DNA of 64,000 nucleotides from contig OZ253442.1 in assembly GCA_965261085.1 (NCBI GenBank), positions 448,001 through 512,000 of the forward strand, read 5' to 3'. Position 1 is the stretch's first letter. Every line of letters begins with the position of its first letter. The notes under the pieces were generated by a model. That model saw nothing but the letters and a program-made list of their open reading frames with translations, made no database searches and was not told the origin of the DNA. Source of the stretch: a bacterium. GTDB taxonomy: Bacteria; UBA8248. This document shows, in pieces, positions 42,205-51,472 of the stretch. A program made the translations under genes and the position numbers.

Positions 42205-43049
42205 TCAAGATCAATTTTCAGGAGCCGACGAGTGAGGAATGGCAGGAATGGCGCCAAAAATGCGATGCTGCCCGCGACGAAATGATTGAGAGTTTTGAGA
42301 ACGGCCAGAAACTGAATGTCACGAATCTTTATAAGGACCTGCGTATGCAGAGCGTATACAAGTCAGGAAAAGCGCCTTTCTACGGTAAGTGCGTTTACTG
42401 CGAGTCCGATGTTCTGGTCAATCAGCCAGGAGACATTGAACATTGGCGGCCCAAGAATCGTGTAACCGACGAGAAGGGTTGCATCATTAAGATTGAAACT
42501 GAGGACGGTACGACGGTCTCGCATCCCGGCTACTATTGGCTCGCTTACGAATGGCGGAATCTTCTTTTGGCCTGCGCAGATTGCAACAGACCCTCGAAGG
42601 CGAAGACTGATCGGCGGATCGGAAAGTCGGATCAATTTCCTGTGGAGGATTTTAGAGCAACAAAAATGGGCGAAGAATCCCAAGAGTCCCCTATCCTGCT
42701 CAATCCTGTCGAGGAAGACCCCGCAGCTCACCTCGAAGTCGATGATACCGGAGTCATAATCGCCAAGACCGACCGCGGTCAAAAGTGTATTGATATTTTT
42801 GGGTTGAATGACCGCGAAGCGTTACGGGATGCAAGGCGGGAGTGTATCAAAAACACAAAATCACGGATTGAATCGATGGTTTGGAAGGTGTGGGCGGCGT
42901 CGCGGCAAGACGACGAAGAAGATGCAATGCGCGAGCTTTCCGAGAAAGTTGAAGAGATCGAGAGCGGTGCGGCTCCATATTCTGCATGTGGTCGCCTCGT
43001 TTTGCTTAAATCTAGGAACAAGTTGGGACGACTTGTTGGCCGTTTGTGA
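42201..43049 (+). CDS. HNH endonuclease, Septu PtuB-like
   Basis: KCVYCE, IEHWRPK, YYWLAYEWRNLLLACADCN, LLNP..EDP..HL; ATGA overlap with the ATPase. Confidence 0.88.
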   Translation: MIKINFQEPTSEEWQEWRQKCDAARDEMIESFENGQKLNVTNLYKDLRMQSVYKSGKAPFYGKCVYCESDVLVNQPGDIEHWRPKNRVTDEKGCIIKIETEDGTTVSHPGYYWLAYEWRNLLLACADCNRPSKAKTDRRIGKSDQFPVEDFRATKMGEESQESPILLNPVEEDPAAHLEVDDTGVIIAKTDRGQKCIDIFGLNDREALRDARRECIKNTKSRIESMVWKVWAASRQDDEEDAMRELSEKVEEIESGAAPYSACGRLVLLKSRNKLGRLVGRL

Positions 43050-43103
43050 ACTGTTGACCACCCAGACCGCCAGAGGTAGAGACCCGTTCGTCGCAAGCCG
43101 TTA

Positions 43104-43274
43104 ATGGGACAGGTCGGAAATGAAGAGCCGGCCCATCCAACACAGCGAATCCCTGATGGGCAAAAGGCTCTTCTCTGTGAGCCCAAGCAGGAAGAGCTAT
43201 ACGGAGGAGCGCTCATCCTTGATTTGCACGACTGCGATACCGCCATCATGCGCGCCGTGCGGACTCAACCCTGA
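43104..43274 (+). pseudogene. Truncated second AdoMetDC-like gene (N-terminal fragment, 56 aa)
   Basis: ATG at 43104; LYGGALILDLHDCD aligns with VYGFELVLDLHGCE of 38621-39064, then the frame ends at TGA 43272-43274. Confidence 0.65.
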
Positions 43275-43419
43275 CCCTCAAGGGGGGAGTGGTTTCTCCC
43301 TCATCGCTCGGAATTCACTTTGACACGCGCGGCCCGGAATGTGGTATGATTCGGCGCGTTATTGGTGAAACCCCCGCCGGGAGCGGGCGCGGATTCAAAC
43401 CTCAAGAGGATGCGACGCC

Positions 43420-43773
43420 ATGAAGGTGATGAACTATAAGGAAGCGGAACTCAAATCGGAGAAGGCGGCCAAGGGCGCGGGCATCCGCTGGCTGCTCAGC
43501 GAGCGCGACGGCGAGACCGAAATGGCGATGCGGGTCATCGAAATCGAAGCGGGCGGACAGACGCCCGACCATTCCCACTCCTGGGAGCATCAGGTGTTCA
43601 TGCTCAAGGGCGAGGGCCGCGTGACCGTCGAGGGCGAGTCGCGGGACATCGCGCCGGGCTCGGCCATATTCGTCGCCCCGGGCGAGAATCACACCTTCCA
43701 CAACGATTCGGACGAGACCATGGAGTTCGTCTGCATGATTCCCGTGAGCGCCACCCAGGCGTATGAGCACTAA
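43420..43773 (+). CDS. Cupin domain protein
   Basis: TPDHSHSWEHQVFMLKGEG, PGENHTFHN. Confidence 0.9.
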   Translation: MKVMNYKEAELKSEKAAKGAGIRWLLSERDGETEMAMRVIEIEAGGQTPDHSHSWEHQVFMLKGEGRVTVEGESRDIAPGSAIFVAPGENHTFHNDSDETMEFVCMIPVSATQAYEH

Positions 43774-43802
43774 GACGGGAAAACCTCTCGCTACAGCTTC
43801 AG

Positions 43803-43830
43803 AATATCTGAAAATATCGATAAATTCACG
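43803..43830 (+). repeat. Left copy of a 28-bp inverted repeat (partner at 56906-56933)
   Basis: AATATCTGAAAATATCGATAAATTCACG is the exact reverse complement of 56906-56933; imperfect similarity continues about 22 nt inward. Confidence 0.9.
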
Positions 43831-44113
43831 GCGTTATTCGATAAATTTCTGAAAAGGCGCCATCCGGCGGCTCTTCCCAAGCGCTACAATATATTGCGCT
43901 GAACAAAAATTCCTCACACAACATACAGGCGCTCTCCGTTCACTCGTAGAGAAACTCCCTCAAAATCAATTTTAAATACTATAACAAAGTAAATATCAAT
44001 AACTTATAATAATTCTTGCATAAACAACTTTAAGAGAGGCGGAATATCAATAAATTATATTATTTATAAAATCAATAAATACAATATGATATGGGGATTA
44101 GTAAAAAAACTAC

Positions 44114-44143
44114 TTGAAATAAATCCTAAGCCTTTGGTATATT
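44114..44143 (+). promoter_or_regulatory. Putative sigma70-type promoter for the GAF-mreB operon
   Basis: TTGAAA-18 nt-TATATT with TG extended -10, in an AT-rich intergenic region. Confidence 0.45.
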
Positions 44144-44179
44144 CCGCGAAGTCCCAATCCGTCCTATTGGGTGTTGGAA

Positions 44180-45634
44180 ATGACGAATCTGGAAAGAGAT
44201 ATTTTCTCCCTCATCACGCTCGTCAGCAACGTCACGGAAGCCTACTCCGCCTGCTTATTCCTTGAAAACAAAAGGCGTAAGACCTACCAACTCACCACAT
44301 ATCACAGCCTCAGCCCATACATTCTCGCGGATGCCTCGGTCGATGTAGGACAGGGCTTCATGGGTTGGGTTTTGGAGAACAATGAGCCGTTAAGTGTCAA
44401 TCAGTTCGACAAAGACACCCTGGTTCTCGGTTATTACAGCAGAAACGAGGATATCAAATCCTTCATGGCGACCCCCCTGCCCTCTTCAATCAACAAAGGG
44501 GCGCTCGCCATCGACAGTAAAAAAAGTTGGTGTTTCACGTCCAAAGACCAAAAAATACTCGCGGGGTTCGCCCAGCAATTCGCCTACCTTGCAGACGGTG
44601 CCTTGACGACCGTTCAAGTGGAGCGACGCTCCATGAACGTTCCCGCCTTCAGCAGATATTTGACTTCGCTTCGCTCAAGCGATAATGAAGATCAATTGCT
44701 GAATGCGATATGCCAGGTACCGCGCGAGTTGCTTCCCTTCGACGCCTGCTTCCTCGTCCTCATCGACGAGGAAGCAGGCGTCCCCCGTCTTATCCGAACC
44801 TCTGGGTTTGGGGAACTCTTTCTGGGCGAAGTGACCATTAGTGAACGCGCAAGTCTGGCAGGCTATGTATTAAGCAAAAAGGAAAGCTTAAGACTCCCGG
44901 ATCTGAAGGGGAAAAAGGGAACCAGGCCTCTCTTTCATCATGATGAACCCCGTCTTGAAGCGCGTTCCGCCGCGTGTCTTCCCCTCATCTCAAGGGGTGA
45001 AATTCTTGGTTGTCTAGGATTCGCAAGCAAACGTCGAGCCCAATTTGACGCTTCTTCTATCCAGCGTGGAGAAATCATTGCAGCTCTTGTGGCGGATGCC
45101 ATCGCAAACCGGAAAAACGAGTTGCGCTGGCAAGCACGTTTAGAAATCGACCCCCTTACCGGAGAACAGAATGTGGAATATCTACATTCTCGTCTTCATG
45201 AAATTATCTGCGAGGCGGAAACAAAGGGTCGTCAACTCGCGTTGCTCAGCATCGCTCCTGACGCTTCATCAGAATTCAGTGATACGCCTGAGGAAGAAGT
45301 TATTCTTCATCTCTCAAATTCGCTTAAACCATTCGCTGCTGGAAATGATATTTTAGTGCGGCATGAGGGGCCACGTTTTCTCTTGTTATTGCAAGACTCC
45401 TCCCAAGAATACGCTGAAGCCGTAGCAGAGCGAATTATACATGTAGTTAATCACACCCCCTTCTACCTCGGTGGGAAAGAGTTCGAAATCACAATTTCAA
45501 TAGGTGCTGCATGTTTCCCTGAAACTGCGCGAAGCTCAAAAAGCCTTATCAAGTCATCTCTTGAAGCATTAGGTTTTGCTCAAAAAGGGGGGGCGGTAAA
45601 TCAATTTTGTTTTATGGGGGGAGATAGATCATGA
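44180..45634 (+). CDS. Tandem GAF domains + degenerate GGDEF domain protein
   Basis: GQGFMGWV..., IKSFMATPL, second GAF (SAACLPL), DPLTG, RHEGPRF in place of RYGGDEF, ISIGAA.FP. Confidence 0.85.
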   Translation: MTNLERDIFSLITLVSNVTEAYSACLFLENKRRKTYQLTTYHSLSPYILADASVDVGQGFMGWVLENNEPLSVNQFDKDTLVLGYYSRNEDIKSFMATPLPSSINKGALAIDSKKSWCFTSKDQKILAGFAQQFAYLADGALTTVQVERRSMNVPAFSRYLTSLRSSDNEDQLLNAICQVPRELLPFDACFLVLIDEEAGVPRLIRTSGFGELFLGEVTISERASLAGYVLSKKESLRLPDLKGKKGTRPLFHHDEPRLEARSAACLPLISRGEILGCLGFASKRRAQFDASSIQRGEIIAALVADAIANRKNELRWQARLEIDPLTGEQNVEYLHSRLHEIICEAETKGRQLALLSIAPDASSEFSDTPEEEVILHLSNSLKPFAAGNDILVRHEGPRFLLLLQDSSQEYAEAVAERIIHVVNHTPFYLGGKEFEITISIGAACFPETARSSKSLIKSSLEALGFAQKGGAVNQFCFMGGDRS

Positions 45635-46668
45635 AACTACATTTTCTAAAGGGCCTCAGATCCTGGATGGGGCCCAATATCGCGATGGACCTAGGAACAG
45701 CGAATACCTTGGTTTACACAAAAAATGCCGGAATCGTTCTTGATGAACCTTCTGTTGTCGCTTTGAACTCAAAAAATGGAGGGGCCGTTCTCGCAGTAGG
45801 TAAGAAAGCCAAGGAAATGTACGGCCGGACCCCAGATTCAATTCGAACAATTCGTCCTATGAAAGATGGGGTGATCGCCGATTTTGACGTAACCAAAGCA
45901 ATGATACGTCATTTTGTTAAAGCAATTGTACCCAAAAGGTCTTTTAGCCGACCTACAATGATGGTTTGCGTTCCCTCAGGAATCACTAGTGTCGAAATGA
46001 AAGCCGTGATTGATTCCGCCACTCAATGTGGGGCCGGCAAGGTCCATCTAATAGAAGAACCCATGGCTGCGGCCATTGGAAGCAAACTACCAATCCATGA
46101 AATCGCAGGCTCAATGATTGTTGATATTGGGGGAGGAACAACCGAAATGGCCGTCATCTCCCAATATGCCGTTGCATATTCAGAATCTCTCCGTATGGCA
46201 GGAGATGCAATGGACGAATGCATACAACGCCACATCAAAAGACACCACGGTTTATCGATAGGATCATTCGAGGCTGAGCGCGTAAAAATGGAGATTGGCG
46301 CAGCTGCTCCTCCTTCAGAGCCGCTTGAAATGGAAATTTCAGGCGCAGATGTTTCCACTGGCATGCCTCGCACCATTAAGCTAACCGATGAATCAGTGCG
46401 AGAGGCTCTCGACGGCCCCGTGAAAGCCATAGTTGAATCAATCAGAAAAGCTCTATCCAAAACAAGCCCTGAGCTTGCTTCAGATATCTACCGACGAGGA
46501 ATCGTATTAGCGGGCGGGGGTTCGCTCTTAAAAGGACTCGGGACGAGGCTCCATGATGAGACAGGTCTCCCCATTTATAGAGTAAAAGACCCACTCACCA
46601 CAGTCGTCCGTGGAACTGGATACGTACTAGACCACTTAAAAGACTTCAAGCAAGTCTGTCTGAACTGA
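45631..46668 (+). CDS. mreB: MreB-family actin homolog (stand-alone paralog, no mreCD adjacent)
   Basis: DLGTANT, EPSVVA, RPMKDGVIADF, EEPMAAAIG, DIGGGTTE, LAGGGSLL; ATGA overlap with the GAF gene. Confidence 0.93.
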   Translation: MKLHFLKGLRSWMGPNIAMDLGTANTLVYTKNAGIVLDEPSVVALNSKNGGAVLAVGKKAKEMYGRTPDSIRTIRPMKDGVIADFDVTKAMIRHFVKAIVPKRSFSRPTMMVCVPSGITSVEMKAVIDSATQCGAGKVHLIEEPMAAAIGSKLPIHEIAGSMIVDIGGGTTEMAVISQYAVAYSESLRMAGDAMDECIQRHIKRHHGLSIGSFEAERVKMEIGAAAPPSEPLEMEISGADVSTGMPRTIKLTDESVREALDGPVKAIVESIRKALSKTSPELASDIYRRGIVLAGGGSLLKGLGTRLHDETGLPIYRVKDPLTTVVRGTGYVLDHLKDFKQVCLN

Positions 46669-46693
46669 TTTTCACGAGCACCACCCCCCCCAA

Positions 46694-46731
46694 CCGGGGG
46701 CCCGGCCCCATGCGCAATACCGGGCCCCCGG
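46694..46731. terminator. GC-rich hairpin after mreB (no U-tract)
   Basis: CCGGGGGCCCGG...CCGGGCCCCCGG 12-bp perfect stem. Confidence 0.45.
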
Positions 46732-46844
46732 CCCTTCCCACATAGAATGAATGTAGAGAGATTTTACTCTCAGTAACAATCGGTTAGAATCAGTGAGAAT
46801 TGCTAATCGTATTTAAAATTCTTAACTTCAGCTAGGAAAATAAA

Positions 46845-47117
46845 ATGGCTTTCTCACAACAAGGCGATTCATATTCATTCGAGTCATCAATAGAGGAGTT
46901 GAAACTCATATACAGAATATTACATCGCCACATCGGAGAACACCTGGAGCTTATGGATAGTGAGTTCATGGATGAATTGCAGATCGCGCTACAAACCAAA
47001 GCCCAAAAAGAAGGGGTGGACATAGGCCATCACGGTGCATGGGACCTATGGCTGGGCAATGATGCGGCAACGCCATGTGAAGAACGTGTGAAAAAACGAA
47101 AAACATTCGATAATTAA
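46845..47117 (+). CDS. Hypothetical protein (90 aa)
   Basis: Clean ORF with AGGA RBS, convergent with aroE. Confidence 0.7.
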   Translation: MAFSQQGDSYSFESSIEELKLIYRILHRHIGEHLELMDSEFMDELQIALQTKAQKEGVDIGHHGAWDLWLGNDAATPCEERVKKRKTFDN

Positions 47118-47992
47118 ACCTCACCCTTGAGGCGTAACTCCAACGCTTCGTGTAAAACTTCCATCACAATATCCGTAGGCATATCCACGCCCGTCCACAT
47201 TTTCCAAGCAGCCGCTCCTTGATATACCAACCAACCCGTTCCGCGAACAATTCGAGCGCCAGACCGTCTGGCTGATTTTAGAAATTCCGTATCAGGTGGA
47301 GTGTAAACAGCATCCGAGCAGATACAGCCTTTCGGTATAGCGTCTTCGGGAATCGGCTTGGTAGCCATACGCTCCGCGTCTCCCCACATCCCGAGGCTTG
47401 TTGTATTCACGATAATCTCACAACCATCAGCCGCCGAATACAAATCATCCAAACCACCACCCATTATTTTAGAAGATGGAATACTCTTCTCCACAAAGTG
47501 TGCTAATTCTAAGGCCTTTTCCGATGTTCGATTTCTGATTTCAAGATGAGCCGCTCCACACTGGGCTATTTTGACGGCAATGGCTCTCGCGGCCCCTCCC
47601 GCACCCAAAACAAGACATTTCTTTCCCTTGGGATGTTCTCCCGTTGTTTCCTCTAAAAATCGGAGCCAACCGATCCCATCTGTATTGTGACCAACGAGAC
47701 GACCGTCTTCTTCAAAAACTATCGTATTTACAGCACCCATCAACCGGGCATCCTCGCTGAGTTCATTCATCAGCTTAGCGACAGCCACCTTGTGCGGAAT
47801 TGTGATCGTGAGTCCACGAAATCCCATTGCCTGGGCTCCTCGCACAGCTTCTTCCAAATAATCGGGGTGTACCTCATACGAAAGATAATGGTAATTCACA
47901 CCCAAAACCTCAGCCGCTTTGTTATGGAGTACTGGTGATAAAATATGACCTGCCGGGTATCCAAAAACACCCAGTGGTATCGGATTTGGCAT
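47114..47992 (-). CDS. aroE: Shikimate dehydrogenase family
   Basis: LSPVLHN, TIPHK, GAVNT, GHNTDG, LGAGGAA, NRT, NTTSLGM. Confidence 0.9.
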   Translation of the reverse strand: MPNPIPLGVFGYPAGHILSPVLHNKAAEVLGVNYHYLSYEVHPDYLEEAVRGAQAMGFRGLTITIPHKVAVAKLMNELSEDARLMGAVNTIVFEEDGRLVGHNTDGIGWLRFLEETTGEHPKGKKCLVLGAGGAARAIAVKIAQCGAAHLEIRNRTSEKALELAHFVEKSIPSSKIMGGGLDDLYSAADGCEIIVNTTSLGMWGDAERMATKPIPEDAIPKGCICSDAVYTPPDTEFLKSARRSGARIVRGTGWLVYQGAAAWKMWTGVDMPTDIVMEVLHEALELRLKGEV

Positions 47993-48196
47993 GAGCAATC
48001 TCCTGAATATCATTTCATTTGGCTAACACGACATTGGCGTGATAAACTTATTACTATTACGATAGCCTAGAGTTTTCGGAACGCATTCGCAATCGAGATA
48101 TCACTGCATCTCTTTTGGGGTTTCATATCCTGAAGACTCGATTTCGCAACATAAAATACTAGATATCATTTAAATAAGCAGTATATTGGGGGCCCC

Positions 48197-50458
48197 ATGA
48201 GTGAATACAAGACAGCCGGGAAAAGTATCCCCAGGTATGATCTGCCAGATAAAGCTGTGGGCACGGCCAAATTCGCGGCGGACGTCACTACTGCGCAGCC
48301 CCTGGTCAGTTTAGTGCTCAGGAGCCCACACCCACATGCTCGTATCATTTCCATAACCACACAAAAAGCCAGAAAAATACCGGGCGTACGCACCTTATTG
48401 GTCAGCAATGATTGTCCGCCACACCTTTTCGGTCTTGAGATTAAAGATATCTGTTGGCTAGCTCGTGATGGTTACGTCCGATATATCGGAGACCCAGTTG
48501 CAGCTGTTGCGGCGGAATCAATGGATGCCGCCCAAGCGGCGCTAGACTCCATACAGGTGAACTACAAAGTGCTTGAGCCTGTAGTGGACCTTTTGGTGGC
48601 GCGTGACGGCAATGGCCCACTTGTTCACGAAGATTGGGAAAAAATAGGCTTAGGGCCCAATGGAGAAGGTAATGTGATCGGTCGCTATGAAAAATCCATG
48701 GGCAATGTGGATGTGGCCATGGATAAAGCAGACTATATCTTTGAACACACATTTCATACTCCATACGCGCACTCGGGATATCTCGAACCCCATGCTTGTG
48801 TGGCAGAACCAGGTGCCGATGGAAAAATCACCATTTGGACAACAACGCAAGCGCCCTTCGTTATCCGCGAACAAGTGGCAGCAGCTTTGGGGGTTCCTCT
48901 CACGAAAGTCAAAGTCATCCCCACGGAAATCGGCGGAGGATTTGGAGGAAAGATTCATTCGTTTATAGAACACATTATTGCATTACTTGCTCTGAAGAGC
49001 GGGCGCGCCGTGCGCCATGAGATGACGCGTGAAGACGATCATAATTGCGTCAGTCCCAGACAAGGGTTACGAATACACTTAAAAACCGGAGTGACCTCTG
49101 AAGGCAAAATCATAGCGCGTGAAGCAGATGTCATTGTCGACCATGGTGCATATGGGCCTGGTGCCCCGGGTCAGGCAAGTTCCCGCATCCCGATGTTCAC
49201 CAGTTGTTACAATATCCCTCATACTCTTGTGAAAATGACGAGCGTCTACACCAATGGTCCTATTTGTGGCTCGGTGAGGGGGCCATGTGGACCTCAGTGT
49301 TTCTTCGCAACGGAAGTGCATCTCGATATTATTGCGCGTGAGCTAGGTATCGACCCCCTTGAAATCAGACAAAAAAACGCCATACGAAAAGGCGACACCG
49401 GATTATTCGGCACGCAAAAAGACGATGGCATGCTCAAAGTTTTGGAAAGTACCGCCAAAGAAGGAAACTGGGGTGAGGCTATCAAGACGAATGTGAATTT
49501 AGAAGGTCCTGGCTGGAAGCTCGGTCGTGGCCTTGCCGTTAGTTTCTGGCGCGGAAATGGTGGAGCTTCCGCGTGCACGGCGCGCTTAAATGCAGACGGG
49601 AGTGTTCAACTCCTCAGTGGCTCCGTGAACCTTACGGGCGCAACAACCTCAATGTGCCAGATTGCTGCGGAAAAAATGGAGATTGACTTTGAGCAAGTAT
49701 CCTTTGACTGCGGTGATACCGACACTGCACCGGAATCCATCCACGCGGCGGGCAGTATGTTGACCCGCTCAATGGGTGCCGCCGTTGTTGTTGCTGTAGA
49801 CAATCTGAAAGAAAAAATTCGAGTTGTTGCCGCCGAGAAACTTGAAGCCGACCCGGAGGATCTAAAAATCGAAGGGGGGCGCGTTTTTTCCCGATCCACG
49901 CCCGATCGATCTATGTCACTGAGTGAAGTAGCCAAGGCGGCACCTGGGATTTCAGGCTATATTATGGGTCAAGCCGAAACACAAGCTCCGGGCCCTTGCC
50001 CCATCTACACGGCGCAAGTAGCGGAAGTGGCCGTAAATCTAGATTCGGGTGAAGTGAAAGTTTTAAGGCTAGTTTGTTCACAGGACGTAGGCTTTGCCAT
50101 GAATCCAATCTCAGTAATCGGCCAAATGGAAGGCGGGATGCTTCAAGGAATCGGTTTAGCGCTAATGGAAGAACAACCTCGTGATGGGGCCGGCAATATC
50201 TATGGAGGAACTCTCCATGAATACCTTCTGCCCACCAGTCTGGATGTTCCCGAACTGAAAGCTGTAATGATTGAAAACAAGGCGGATGATACGCCTTATG
50301 GCATGAGAGGCGTCGGCGAACCACCCATACTTGCCGCACCCGCGGCCATCATGAATGCTATCGCCGATGCAATAGGTACTCGATTTTTCAAGATCCCGGT
50401 GGGCCCGCACCACATATGTGAAGCGATCGGAACACAAAAAACGCGATTTAATTTTTGA
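48197..50458 (+). CDS. Xanthine dehydrogenase/CoxL family molybdopterin-binding large subunit
   Basis: RSPHPHA, YLEPH, IGGGFGGK, VRGPCGPQ, GQMEGG, RGVGE. Confidence 0.92.
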   Translation: MSEYKTAGKSIPRYDLPDKAVGTAKFAADVTTAQPLVSLVLRSPHPHARIISITTQKARKIPGVRTLLVSNDCPPHLFGLEIKDICWLARDGYVRYIGDPVAAVAAESMDAAQAALDSIQVNYKVLEPVVDLLVARDGNGPLVHEDWEKIGLGPNGEGNVIGRYEKSMGNVDVAMDKADYIFEHTFHTPYAHSGYLEPHACVAEPGADGKITIWTTTQAPFVIREQVAAALGVPLTKVKVIPTEIGGGFGGKIHSFIEHIIALLALKSGRAVRHEMTREDDHNCVSPRQGLRIHLKTGVTSEGKIIAREADVIVDHGAYGPGAPGQASSRIPMFTSCYNIPHTLVKMTSVYTNGPICGSVRGPCGPQCFFATEVHLDIIARELGIDPLEIRQKNAIRKGDTGLFGTQKDDGMLKVLESTAKEGNWGEAIKTNVNLEGPGWKLGRGLAVSFWRGNGGASACTARLNADGSVQLLSGSVNLTGATTSMCQIAAEKMEIDFEQVSFDCGDTDTAPESIHAAGSMLTRSMGAAVVVAVDNLKEKIRVVAAEKLEADPEDLKIEGGRVFSRSTPDRSMSLSEVAKAAPGISGYIMGQAETQAPGPCPIYTAQVAEVAVNLDSGEVKVLRLVCSQDVGFAMNPISVIGQMEGGMLQGIGLALMEEQPRDGAGNIYGGTLHEYLLPTSLDVPELKAVMIENKADDTPYGMRGVGEPPILAAPAAIMNAIADAIGTRFFKIPVGPHHICEAIGTQKTRFNF

Positions 50459-50545
50459 GTACACAACAGAGATGAGCGTCTTCGGTTACCCAGGCATTTT
50501 CATTGTCTGTGGGTTCGAAGGCTTAAGTTGTTCTGAGGTAAAGTT

Positions 50546-51463
50546 TCAAGAAACTTGAGGGACTTCGATCTGAATTGCACGCAGAAGGTGACCATCCAAA
50601 TACCACTTCATCGCTTTTATGTTCGAATCATCACTTAGAACCGTGACCGCGCCACACTTCAGCCACTCGTTTCTTCTTGTGCGCCACGCCCAGATAAGTA
50701 CACCTCGACAACCGTTAAGCCAAACAGGGCTGAATGTCAGTTTTTCTCCCATTTGGCTAAGAAGCTCGGTACAAGCCACAACCACAAAATCGTCACCCGT
50801 TCTCCGCTCCTCGCGGACAATTAGTTCTACATCGGGCGACATTAATCCTTGCAACAACACCTTATCTCGAAAACCGAGAGCTTCTACGAATCGTTCGAAC
50901 ACCCGCTCTGCTTTTACCTGATCCTGGATGGATGATAAGAAAACTTTCCTCCCCCAGTGCTTTTGAATTTCCGCTCGTTTTTTATCTGCACTGTCGGCAA
51001 TTTTGAAAATTTCTTGAATCTTCAACCTCATCGCGGATGCCGCAATCCGATCGCCATCCTCCGCCCCGTCCCTGAGCACGACAACAACACGCTGTTCGGG
51101 TGTCAAATATTCGAGGGGGAACAAAAACTCGAGCGAAACACTTGGCCATGTAGCACTCGCTTCTATCGATTTAGTCTCCTCATTCGTACTTGGACCTGTA
51201 GTTTGTATCAAATCGGGAAAGTCGAATTCATTCAACTGCAAAGGTTTTTTCTCTCGCAATCGAGAAAGCGCCGCTTCTGTGCATGAGATATAGAGCCACT
51301 CGGGATGATTTTTAATATTTTCAAGAGCCGGGCCCATTTCAATAGCTCGTAACATTGTATCTTGCACGATATCATCCGCATCTAAAATACTACCTGTGAG
51401 TCGATAAGCATGTTGGCGCATCAACCCCCAGTATTCTCGGGTATATTTTTCAAGATCAATCAT
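50546..51463 (-). CDS. ECF sigma factor with C-terminal SnoaL-like extension (degenerate)
   Basis: AYRLTGSILDADDIVQD (sigma2), LTPEQRVVVVLRD (sigma4), FERFVEAL...NGCRG tail. Confidence 0.75.
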   Translation of the reverse strand: MIDLEKYTREYWGLMRQHAYRLTGSILDADDIVQDTMLRAIEMGPALENIKNHPEWLYISCTEAALSRLREKKPLQLNEFDFPDLIQTTGPSTNEETKSIEASATWPSVSLEFLFPLEYLTPEQRVVVVLRDGAEDGDRIAASAMRLKIQEIFKIADSADKKRAEIQKHWGRKVFLSSIQDQVKAERVFERFVEALGFRDKVLLQGLMSPDVELIVREERRTGDDFVVVACTELLSQMGEKLTFSPVWLNGCRGVLIWAWRTRRNEWLKCGAVTVLSDDSNIKAMKWYLDGHLLRAIQIEVPQVS

Positions 51464-51472
51464 GATGGGGAC

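Noticed and set aside
45631-46668. MamK or ParM-type actin
   Set aside because: The motifs are those of MreB proper, and there are no magnetosome or partition genes nearby.
48197-50458. Aerobic CO dehydrogenase coxL
   Set aside because: Lacks the AYxCSFR loop and the coxM/coxS neighbours.
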